From: an uncultured Planctomycetia bacterium
GTDB lineage: Bacteria; Planctomycetota; SZUA-567; JAKLDR01
DNA: 35,797 nt
Reading direction: 5' to 3'
Assembly: GCA_964581145.1 (NCBI GenBank)
Contig: CAZONU010000003.1
Coordinates: forward strand, 1-35,797
The notes beneath the pieces are model-generated. The model saw nothing but the letters and a program-made list of their open reading frames with translations, was not told where the DNA came from and made no database searches. Both the position numbers and the translations under genes were made by a program. Of the stretch, positions 25,897-33,028 are shown in pieces; the stretch's first letter is position 1, and each line of letters starts with the position of its first letter.

Positions 25897-26898
25897 ATGA
25901 CCAGGATTCTAGTCGCCTTCTCCGAGGATCAATGGAACCTGCCCTTCAACCAAGCCCTGCGCGAGGAGCTCGACTCGCTCGGCGAAGTCGCCTGGGCGGA
26001 CGTCTGGGAGAAGCGCACCAGCTCCGAGGAGTACCGCGCGCTCCTGGCCAAGGAGAAGCCGGAAGTCCTGGTAACCTTCTGGGGCACGCCCAAGCTCACG
26101 GCCCCCACGTTCGCGGAAAACCCCCAGCTCAAGTACATGTGCAACATCGGGGGCACGGTCCGCAAGCAGGTCGCACGGGAGTGCCTGGAGAAGGGCCTGC
26201 TGGTCACCAACTGGGGCAGCGTCATCAGCCGGACGATCAGCGAGGCTACGCTGATGATGATCCTGGCCAGCCTGCGCCGCGCGACCGAGAACACCATCGG
26301 CATGCACGTCAGGAAGGAATGGCCGCGGCTGCCCTCGCGGAGCCTGTTCGAGCGCAGCGTGGGGCTCCACGGCATGGGGCCCATCGCCCAGGAACTGGTG
26401 CCGCTGCTGAGGCCTTTTAACGCCAAAATCAGCGCCTGTTCGCCGCACTGCCCGGACGAGGTGTTCAAGAAGCTGGGCGTCGAACGCGCCAATGACCTGA
26501 AAACCCTCTACGCCTCAAGCGACGTGATCTCGGTGCACACCGGCAACACGCCGGAGAACTTCCATATAGTGAACGCCGAGATTCTCGCCGCCATGGCGGA
26601 CGGCGCCGTGCTGGTCAACACCGCGCGGGGGCCGATCATCGACACCGGGGCGCTGGTCGCCGAGCTGAAAACGGGGCGCATCTTCGCGGCGCTGGACGTC
26701 TACGAGGAAGAGCCCCTGCCGGCGGACTCGCCGCTCCGCGGCCTGGAGAACTGCCTGCTCTTCCCCCACGAGGGCGGGCCCACCACCGACCGACTGGTGG
26801 ACACCGGCAAGCTGTGCATCGCCAATATCCGGCGCTACCTCGCCGGCGAGGAGCCCGTCAACCAGCTCACCCCCGCGCGCTACGACTCGATGACTTGA
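25897..26898 (+). CDS. D-isomer-specific 2-hydroxyacid dehydrogenase family protein (NAD-binding)
   Basis: It carries GLHGMGPIAQELVPLL (GxGxxG), LVNTARG, and ALDVYEEEPLPADSPL...LFPHEGG. Confidence 0.8.
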   Translation: MTRILVAFSEDQWNLPFNQALREELDSLGEVAWADVWEKRTSSEEYRALLAKEKPEVLVTFWGTPKLTAPTFAENPQLKYMCNIGGTVRKQVARECLEKGLLVTNWGSVISRTISEATLMMILASLRRATENTIGMHVRKEWPRLPSRSLFERSVGLHGMGPIAQELVPLLRPFNAKISACSPHCPDEVFKKLGVERANDLKTLYASSDVISVHTGNTPENFHIVNAEILAAMADGAVLVNTARGPIIDTGALVAELKTGRIFAALDVYEEEPLPADSPLRGLENCLLFPHEGGPTTDRLVDTGKLCIANIRRYLAGEEPVNQLTPARYDSMT

Positions 26899-26941
26899 GG
26901 GACGTTATTCGTTCGACTCGTCTGCCCGGCTCTATGCCCCT

Positions 26942-27511
26942 TCAGGCAAGTGGTTCCCGGTCAAGATCGCTGTAAGGGTAAAGTCCAGCGCTTTCCAGCT
27001 TCTTCAAAAGGGCGGCACTGCCATGCTCCATGGCATACTCCATTTCACTCCTGAATACCTCCTGGCAGAGCAGAAGGCAGTGGCGCTTTCCTCCTATGAA
27101 GAATTCGACTCCGCCCGGCGCATACTGGTCGAAGATGAGGCACCTGTTCGGCTCGCCCTCCGGTGCGGGAGCCTCGCAAGTGTCCCCGGGATTGAGAACA
27201 GCCTCGCATGAGTAGAAACCAACTGCGGTCATTATGCTATTCATGCGCCGTTCTATCTCGTTGAACCGGTGGCTACGGTCTGACTCGTCATCGGGGGGCG
27301 GCATTGTCTGCTTCGTGAAGGAGACGAGCTCATAGGTCCCGATGCGGTTGGGTTTGGGGCCGCTTCCATCCGGCTCGATAAGTTCCATGGTCGCGAAGCC
27401 CGTTCCGGACAGGCCGTTCAGGAAATAGTACATGTCGACAGCACCGCCTATTTGGAAAGGGATGATGGCGTGGCCGACCATATCATGCATCGGCCCCAAG
27501 ATTTTCTCCAA
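26942..27511 (-). CDS. Suppressor-of-fused (SUFU)-like domain protein, apparently 5'-disrupted (see findings)
   Basis: LGPMHDMVGHAIIPFQIGGAVDMYYF...GFATMEL...GTYELV resembles bacterial SUFU-domain proteins. The ORF as tracked starts at the TTG at 27511. A promoter, SD and ATG at 27588 lie in another frame. G+C is lower (line 27001-27060 is 30/60). Confidence 0.6.
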   Translation of the reverse strand: MEKILGPMHDMVGHAIIPFQIGGAVDMYYFLNGLSGTGFATMELIEPDGSGPKPNRIGTYELVSFTKQTMPPPDDESDRSHRFNEIERRMNSIMTAVGFYSCEAVLNPGDTCEAPAPEGEPNRCLIFDQYAPGGVEFFIGGKRHCLLLCQEVFRSEMEYAMEHGSAALLKKLESAGLYPYSDLDREPLA

Positions 27512-27623
27512 GGCCGCTTGCTTCGCCTCGTAGTGTCGATCGTGCTCCTCCTGCGAGAACTCGCGCTCTGGTTATCCTCCCGGGCCATATCACGTCCTCC
27601 CGCACGTCCGCCCCGTAAGGCGC

Positions 27624-27651
27624 AGGTTACCGTGCTGCGGCAGGGTGTCAA
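27624..27651 (-). promoter_or_regulatory. sigma70-like promoter (TTGACA-N16-TAACCT, minus strand) upstream of the SUFU-like gene
   Basis: The reverse complement of 27646-27651 is TTGACA and of 27624-27629 is TAACCT. It is followed by GGGAGGA and the ATG at 27588. Confidence 0.45.
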
Positions 27652-27681
27652 GGGACCAGCACTGCGTAGCGCAACCTGTCC

Positions 27682-27709
27682 TTGCGCTCCCTGCCGGCCG
27701 CGCTAGGCT
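27682..27709 (+). promoter_or_regulatory. Possible promoter (TTGCGC-N16-TAGGCT) for the oxidoreductase gene
   Basis: TTGCGC at 27682-27687 and TAGGCT at 27704-27709. It is divergent from the SUFU promoter. Confidence 0.3.
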
Positions 27710-27760
27710 GGCGCGCGAGGGCGGGGCGGCGTCGGTCCCGCACAACAGGAAGGGGATTTC

Positions 27761-28831
27761 GTGGTGAGCGCTTCCGAGACGGGACCCATCAGCGTTGGCG
27801 TCGCCGGCCTGGGCCGCAGCGGCTGGGACATCCACATCCGCACCCTCCGGCACATGCCCGGGAAGTTCAAGGTCGCCGCGGTGCTCGACAACCTCGCCGA
27901 GCGCCGCAAGCAGGCGGTTGACGAGTTCGGCTGCGCGGCCTACGAGAAGTACGAGGACCTGCTCGCCGACCAGAACGTGGACCTGGTCATCGTGGCCATG
28001 CCCACCGACCTGCACGTGCCCTGGTCGACGGCCGCCCTGGAGGCCGGCAAGGACGTCGTCGTAGAGAAACCTGTAAGCACCGATCTGGCCGGGTGCGAGG
28101 AGCTCATCGGGGCCCAGAAGAAGCTCGGCAAATCAGTCACCGTCTTCCAGAACCGGCGATATGACGCGACCTTCCTCAAGATCAAGGAGGTCATTGAAAG
28201 CGGGGCCCTCGGCCGGGTCAACTTCATCCGCTCGACCTCCGCCGGCTTCGGCCGCCGCTGGGACTGGCAGACCATCAAGAAGCTGGGCGGGGGGTCGCTG
28301 CGCAACACCGGCATCCACGCGCGGGACGCCATGATGGTCTTCTCCGGGCCGTCGGAGCCGGAGGTCTTCTGCAAGATGGACCGGGTGCTGACCTCGGGCG
28401 ACGCCGAGGACTGGGTCAAGCTGCTGCTCAAGGCCGAGGACGCGCCGCTGATCGAGCTCAACCTCTTCGCCAACTGCGCCTACCCCCAGAGCGGCTGGCT
28501 GGTCCTGGGCCGGAAGGGCTCGCTGGTCGCCTCGGGCAACGAGGTCAAGTGGAAAGTGGTCAAGGGCTTCGACGAACTCCCCGAACTCAAGGTGGACCTG
28601 GCCCCCACCGCGGACCGCAGCTACAACCGCGAGAAGCTGGAGTTCGAGGAGCACTCCTGGACCGAGCCGGCCGGCCCCAAGGACAAAAGCCAGCCGCGCT
28701 CGGCGGAAACCCGCTTCTACGAGGACATCTACGCCAACCTGCGCGAGGGCGCCGAGCAGAAGATCACCCTGGCCGGCGTCCGCCGGCGCATGGCGGTCAT
28801 CGACCACTGCCTGAAGAACTGTTGGGTGTAG
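27761..28831 (+). CDS. Gfo/Idh/MocA-family oxidoreductase
   Basis: The N-terminal Rossmann region reads ISVGVAGLGRSGWDIHIRTL and is followed by DLVIVAMPTDLH and VVVEKP. The start is a GTG with AGGAAGGGG upstream. Confidence 0.8.
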   Translation: MVSASETGPISVGVAGLGRSGWDIHIRTLRHMPGKFKVAAVLDNLAERRKQAVDEFGCAAYEKYEDLLADQNVDLVIVAMPTDLHVPWSTAALEAGKDVVVEKPVSTDLAGCEELIGAQKKLGKSVTVFQNRRYDATFLKIKEVIESGALGRVNFIRSTSAGFGRRWDWQTIKKLGGGSLRNTGIHARDAMMVFSGPSEPEVFCKMDRVLTSGDAEDWVKLLLKAEDAPLIELNLFANCAYPQSGWLVLGRKGSLVASGNEVKWKVVKGFDELPELKVDLAPTADRSYNREKLEFEEHSWTEPAGPKDKSQPRSAETRFYEDIYANLREGAEQKITLAGVRRRMAVIDHCLKNCWV

Positions 28832-28849
28832 CCGCGTTCAGCCCGCGCA

Positions 28850-28878
28850 TTGACACCTCCGGCCGCCGCCGGTAGACT
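28850..28878 (+). promoter_or_regulatory. sigma70-like promoter (TTGACA-N17-TAGACT) abutting the start codon of the 559-aa gene, implying a leaderless or near-leaderless mRNA
   Basis: TTGACA at 28850-28855 and TAGACT at 28873-28878. The ATG at 28888 is only 9 nt past the -10, and there is no SD. Confidence 0.45.
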
Positions 28879-28887
28879 CGCGCCCCC

Positions 28888-30567
28888 ATGGCCACCGCGA
28901 AGTCCCTTTTGGACGAGTTGGAGAAGCTCAAGACCGAATACGGCGGCGGGTCGGGCGCGCGCAAGCTGGAGCTCCTGCGGATCCTGGCGCGGCGCCGGCT
29001 TTCGGCGGCCCGGGACGTGCTCAGGCTGCACGAGGTCCTCTGCTTCCTGAAGGCCTATCCGGACGGCCCGGAATTGCTCAAGCAGGTGGAGGCCATGCTG
29101 GCGCGGTTCGGGCGCAGGGCCGACCTCCGCCGGCACCGCCGGGCCCTGGAGAACACCGGCGTGGCCGGCACGGTGACTGAATACCCCTTCTACTGGGTCA
29201 CCGCCCGCTGGCTGGCCCGCAAATGGCCGGACCTGCTGACCGTAAACTGGGCCGAGTTCGACAAGAAGGGCGAGATCGAGGAGCTCCTGCCCCTGCTCTT
29301 CCCCTATTGGACCTCGTCGGCCTTCGACGAGTTGGCCATGACGCCGCGAGGGTGGATCCACCGCCTCAAAGGAGCGGACGAGACGGACGCGGCCTTCCTG
29401 ATCCGCCGCTTCGAGGCGGTCAGGGCCGACTCGTTCAACGTGGAGAAGATGTACGAGGACCTGGACGTCCCCATCCGCCTGGAGCCCGGCCCGGGGACCC
29501 CCTCGCGCAGCCGCGAGCGCCACCGGGGCTCCCCGGTCCGGTTCCAGACCCGCCCGCTGGTCCGCGGCCGGCCGGCGCTGGCCAGGGAGATCCGCCGCCG
29601 TCCCGCGGCCGTGCGCTGGGCGGACCGGCGCGAGGGGCGGGAGGTGGTGGACCTGGCCCGGTCGCTGATGGTCGCGCGCCAGAGGGACCTGGACCTCTTC
29701 GAGTACGGCAACCCCGACGACGTGAGGTTCGTGGACTGGGGCGGGGGGCTCAGCTTCGCCTTCATCGGCGCGGTCCCCGAGCGCAGGCTCATGCTCGAGT
29801 CCGTCCACGGCGCCATTACCTTGAAAAACGGCGTGCCCCTGGGGTACTGCACGGCCAGCGCCCTGTTCGGCTCGGCGGAGGTGGCCTTCAACCTGTTCGA
29901 CACCTTCCGGGGCGGGGAGTCCGCGCTCCTGTTCTGCCGGCTGCTGGCCACCGTCCGGCACCTCTTCGGCTGCGACGCCTTCACCCTGGACCCCTTCCAG
30001 CTGGGGTACGGCAACGCCGAGGGCCTGAAGTCCGGGGCCTGGTGGTTCTACCAGAAGATGGGCTTCCGCCCGCTGGAGCCGGAGACGAAAGCCCTGATGG
30101 AGAGGGAACTGAAGCGGATGAAAAGGTCCTCCCGGCACCGTTCGGACCTGGCCACCCTCAACAGGCTCGCCTCCGAGAACGCCTTCTTCTTCCTGGGCAG
30201 GGTCAGGGGGGACGTGCTCGGCCGGCTCACCCTGGGCAACGCGGCCATGGCCGCCACGCGCCGCCTGACCGCCGTTTTCGGCGCCGACCTGGAAAGGGCC
30301 GAGCGCGAATGCTCCCGCGGGGCCGCCGGGCTCCTCGGGCTGCGCTCGCTCCGGGGCTTCTCGCCCGGCGAGAGGCTGGCCTGGCGGCGCTGGAGCCCGC
30401 TGGTCACCGCGCTGCCCGGCCTCCGGCGCTGGGGCTCGGCCGCCAGGAAGGAACTCGTCCGCGTGATCCGGGCCAAGGGGGGCCGGCGGGAGTCCGACTT
30501 CGTGGCCCTCTTCGACCGGCACAAGCTCCTGAGACGCGCGATCCTGCGCCTGGCGCGGGAGGAGTAG
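28888..30567 (+). CDS. Large uncharacterised protein with a GNAT-like core segment
   Basis: The 559-aa product has coherent coding composition and a helical N-terminal third. Its central part reads GAITLKNGVPLGY...FDTFRGGESALLFCRLLATVRHLFG...SGAWWFYQKMGFRP, which resembles the GNAT acetyl-CoA-binding core. I recognise no overall family. Confidence 0.6.
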   Translation: MATAKSLLDELEKLKTEYGGGSGARKLELLRILARRRLSAARDVLRLHEVLCFLKAYPDGPELLKQVEAMLARFGRRADLRRHRRALENTGVAGTVTEYPFYWVTARWLARKWPDLLTVNWAEFDKKGEIEELLPLLFPYWTSSAFDELAMTPRGWIHRLKGADETDAAFLIRRFEAVRADSFNVEKMYEDLDVPIRLEPGPGTPSRSRERHRGSPVRFQTRPLVRGRPALAREIRRRPAAVRWADRREGREVVDLARSLMVARQRDLDLFEYGNPDDVRFVDWGGGLSFAFIGAVPERRLMLESVHGAITLKNGVPLGYCTASALFGSAEVAFNLFDTFRGGESALLFCRLLATVRHLFGCDAFTLDPFQLGYGNAEGLKSGAWWFYQKMGFRPLEPETKALMERELKRMKRSSRHRSDLATLNRLASENAFFFLGRVRGDVLGRLTLGNAAMAATRRLTAVFGADLERAERECSRGAAGLLGLRSLRGFSPGERLAWRRWSPLVTALPGLRRWGSAARKELVRVIRAKGGRRESDFVALFDRHKLLRRAILRLAREE

Positions 30568-30570
30568 CCC

Positions 30571-30597
30571 GCGCGCGGCGCGCGCGGCGCGCGCGGC
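30571..30597. repeat. Perfect tandem repeat (GCGCGCGGC)x3
   Basis: Three exact 9-bp units begin 4 nt after the TAG stop at 30565-30567. Confidence 0.9.
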
Positions 30598-30631
30598 GGG
30601 AATGCTCCCGCGCCGGAACCAAGAAAAAAAT

Positions 30632-30668
30632 GGGCCGGGGGTGGTGTCCCCCGGCCCGCTCTCTTCTG
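30632..30668. terminator. Bidirectional rho-independent terminator, with the stronger U-tract on the minus strand
   Basis: GGGCCGGGGG (30632-30641), loop tggtgt, CCCCCGGCCC (30648-30657). GCTCTCTTCT lies downstream on the plus strand. A7 (30624-30630) lies upstream, which gives a T7 tail for minus-strand transcripts. Confidence 0.65.
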
Positions 30669-31122
30669 GCCGCACCCGGGTGCGAGCGCGCCCGCTGCCT
30701 GAGGCGAGGAGTAACCCGCGCCCCGCACCAATCCATCGGCGGAAACGGCCTCCACCTTTAGCTCCGGCGCGCCGGTGACGGCGCTCGCGGGCGAAGTGCT
30801 TTTTCCCTCACAATTATGCTGCACATACATGAATTCGAGGGCTCCGGCGGTATGCCTCGCCGCTCGATATTCACCGCGCGGTCTTGCCACCCGGGGAAAG
30901 GCCGCCGGCCCATAAACGGGGCTGCTCGGGCCGGGACTAACAGGATGCTGTGGTCGGCCCCCGGCGGGCCGGCCGAAAATTCGATATATTTTTTGCTATT
31001 TTTTCCTTGCACTGGCGCCCCGAAAGTGCGAGAAGTGTCTCATTAAGCTTGTTGTGCTCGTGTCGGGCCCGACACTGACGAGCACTAAGAAGTTGGGAAC
31101 ACCGAGAGGGGGTGATTGAGTA

Positions 31123-31212
31123 ATGGCAAAGAGAAAGAAAGCAAAGAAGAAGGCGACCAAGAAGAAGAAGAAGGTAGCGAAGAAGAAGAAAGTCGCGAAG
31201 AAGAAGAAGTAA
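31123..31212 (+). CDS. Poly-lysine micro-ORF (29 aa: MAKRKKAKKKATKKKKKVAKKKKVAKKKK)
   Basis: The ATG at 31123 is preceded by GAGGGGGTGA. 20 of 29 codons encode Lys, mostly AAG, which I assume is the preferred Lys codon in a high-GC genome. The stop is TAA at 31210-31212, and a strong plus-strand terminator follows 24 nt later. It is not in the ORF track because it is under 60 aa. Confidence 0.4.
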   Translation: MAKRKKAKKKATKKKKKVAKKKKVAKKKK

Positions 31213-31235
31213 GCAGCGATCGCGAAGATCTTCAT

Positions 31236-31274
31236 GGCCCGCCGGGTCGGCCGCCCGGCGGGCCTTCTTCTTTG
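31236..31274 (+). terminator. Rho-independent terminator
   Basis: GGCCCGCCGGG (31236-31246), loop tcggccg, CCCGGCGGGCC (31254-31264), then TTCTTCTTTG. Confidence 0.75.
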
Positions 31275-31299
31275 CGGGGCCGGCACCCCCTATTTCTGC

Positions 31300-31328
31300 T
31301 TGCCCGTCCCCCACGGCCGGGCTATAAT
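31300..31328 (+). promoter_or_regulatory. sigma70-like promoter for prfB (TTGCCC-N17-TATAAT)
   Basis: TTGCCC at 31300-31305 and TATAAT at 31323-31328. It lies 47 nt upstream of the ATG at 31375. Confidence 0.5.
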
Positions 31329-31374
31329 CCCCGCGAACCGGACCGGACAACACTTTTACGGGAAGCGAACGAAC

Positions 31375-32539
31375 ATGGCACAGGCCGAGGAAATCCGCCG
31401 CCAGCTGGAGGCCAGCTCCGCCCGACTCGGGGAGCTAAGGGGGTCCCTTTGACCTCGCCGCCAAGCGCGTGCGGCTGGCCGACCTGGAGGCCCAGATAAA
31501 CCGCCCCGACTTCTGGCAGAGCGCGCCGGGCCGCGAGTCCGTCCTCCGGGAGCTGAGCTCCCTGAAGGACCAGGTCGGGCTCCAGGACGACTTCGGGCGG
31601 CGCCTGGCCGACCTGGGCGAACTCCTGGAGCTGGCCGAGTCCGAGGCCGACGCGGAGGTCCTCGACGAGCTGGCCGGCGACGCCGGGCGGCTGGCCGCGG
31701 ACCTGGACCAGCTGGAGACCAGGCTACTCTTCTCCGGCGAGCACGACGGCCAGGACGCCTACCTCTCGGTGCACGCCGGCGCCGGGGGGACCGAGAGCTG
31801 CGACTGGGCGGCGATGCTGCTGAGGATGTACACCCGCTTCCTGGAGGACAAGAATCTCAAGGTGCGCATCGTCGACGCGCTGGAGGGCGAGCAGGCCGGC
31901 CTGCGCGGGGCCACCGCGGAAGTGACCGGCCGCGGGGCCTACGGCTGGCTGCGCTCGGAGATCGGCGTGCACCGCCTGGTGCGCATCTCGCCCTTCGACC
32001 AGGCCAAGCGCCGGCACACCAGCTTCGCCTCGGTGGAGGTCGTCCCGGTCATCGAGGACGTCGGCGAGGTCCAGGTCGACCCCCGGGAGCTCAAGCTCGA
32101 CACCTTCCGCTCCGGGGGCAAGGGCGGCCAGAACGTCAACAAGGTGGAAACCGCCGTGCGCATCACCCACCTGCCCACCGGCATCGTAGTGGCCTGCCAG
32201 AACGAGCGCAGCCAGCACCAGAACCGCATGACCGCCATGAAGATGCTGGCCTCCCGGCTGCAGAAGCGCGCCGAGGACCAGCGCGCCGCCGAGCTCCAGA
32301 AGCTGGCCGGCGCCAAGCTGGGCATAGACTTCGGCAGCCAGATCCGCAGCTACGTGCTGCAGCCCTACCAGATGGTCAAGGACCACCGCACCGGGCACGA
32401 GACCGGCAACGCCGGGGGGGTCCTGGACGGCGGCATAGGGGACTTCGTCGAGGCCTACCTGCGCTGGCAGCTGGCCCGGCGCTCGGCGGCGAGCGGCGGC
32501 GAAGAGAAGAAGAAAGCCGGGGGCGCAGAGGAGAAGTAG
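31375..32539 (+). CDS. prfB: Peptide chain release factor 2, requiring a programmed +1 frameshift (join 31375..31449, 31451..32539)
   Basis: ORF0 (MAQAEEIRRQLEASSARLGELRGSL) ends at TGA 31450-31452. The +1 frame continues DLAAKRVRLADLEAQINRPDFW... It carries the SPF motif (RISPFD) and the GGQ motif (GKGGQNVNKVETAVRITH). Confidence 0.95.
31438..31453 (+). other. RF2 autoregulatory +1 frameshift site (AGGGGG tcc CTT TGA C)
   Basis: The internal SD-like AGGGGG (31438-31443) lies 3 nt before the slippery CTT (31447-31449), the in-frame TGA (31450-31452) and the following C. This matches the E. coli architecture AGGGGGuauCUUUGAC. Confidence 0.9.
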
Positions 32540-32569
32540 CGGGGACCCGGCGGGGAAAGGGACGCAGCG

Positions 32570-33028
32570 GTGCTCAACAGACTGCGCAGGATCGACCCGG
32601 ACATCTGCGAGGCGGTCCGCAACGCGGTCCGGCGGCAGCAAGTGAATCTCGAGTTCACCGCCAGCGAGAACTTCGTCTCCCAGGCGGTGCTGGAGGCCGC
32701 CGGCTCGGTGCTCACCAACAAGAACCCGGTGCCCGGCGACCCCAAGCCCCCGGCGGTGACCACCCCGGGCATGGGCCCGGAGGAAATGGACCTGGTCGCC
32801 GAGCTGGTCGACCGGGTGCTCTCGGTGCCGGAGGATCGCCGGGTGCGCAAATACGTCCGCGAACAAACACTGGACTTGTGCGACACCTTCCCTATATACT
32901 CGGGGCTGCTCCGGCGGCTCTACGAGCAGGACCGGGACACCTACGAGGTGGACTCCGGCCGCTTCGTGTCGGACCCGCAGGGGGCGGGGCGAAAGTCCGC
33001 GGAGGGAATAAGGAGGCAGAGGCTATGA
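32570..33028 (+). CDS. Serine hydroxymethyltransferase-derived ORF with the catalytic core deleted (mini-SHMT; possible pseudogene)
   Basis: Residues 1-51 match the SHMT N-terminus ([44 protein letters not shown]). The sequence then jumps directly to the SHMT C-terminus ([33 protein letters not shown]...LCDTFPIY). About 300 aa are missing, including the PLP-lysine region. The start is a GTG with GGGGAAAGGGA upstream. The stop overlaps the next ATG as ATGA. Confidence 0.6.
   Translation: MLNRLRRIDPDICEAVRNAVRRQQVNLEFTASENFVSQAVLEAAGSVLTNKNPVPGDPKPPAVTTPGMGPEEMDLVAELVDRVLSVPEDRRVRKYVREQTLDLCDTFPIYSGLLRRLYEQDRDTYEVDSGRFVSDPQGAGRKSAEGIRRQRL

Noticed and set aside
28729-30890. 648-aa minus-strand ORF (28729..30675), 512-aa plus-strand alternative-frame ORF (29223..30761) and 280-aa minus-strand ORF (30048..30890)
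   Set aside because: All are Arg/Pro/Gly/Ala-rich shadows of the 559-aa plus-strand gene. That gene has normal amino-acid composition and a promoter.
31007-31035. Promoter for the poly-Lys ORF (TTGCAC at 31007 with AGAAGT, or a sigma54-like TGGCGC-N-GTGC)
   Set aside because: The -10 candidates are very poor, and the GG/GC spacing does not fit the sigma54 consensus. I could not support a specific promoter call.
30996-31286. Minus-strand Phe-rich ORF (..MKIFAIAAYFFFFATFFFFATFFFFLVAFFFAFF..) opposite the poly-Lys ORF, considered as a membrane micro-protein or a Phe leader peptide
   Set aside because: No SD precedes its ATG at 31235, which lies inside the terminator stem. The flanking terminator is oriented for plus-strand transcription. 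No Phe-related gene lies downstream on the minus strand. It cannot be fully excluded without expression data.
31116-31499. 127-aa ORF with a poly-Glu run (MSNGKEKESKEEGDQEEEEGSEEEE...) in the frame next to the poly-Lys ORF
   Set aside because: It starts at a TTG and uses GAA almost exclusively for Glu, which I would not expect in a high-GC genome. It reads straight through the strong terminator, the prfB promoter and the prfB start. I judge it a frame artefact of the AAG repeat.
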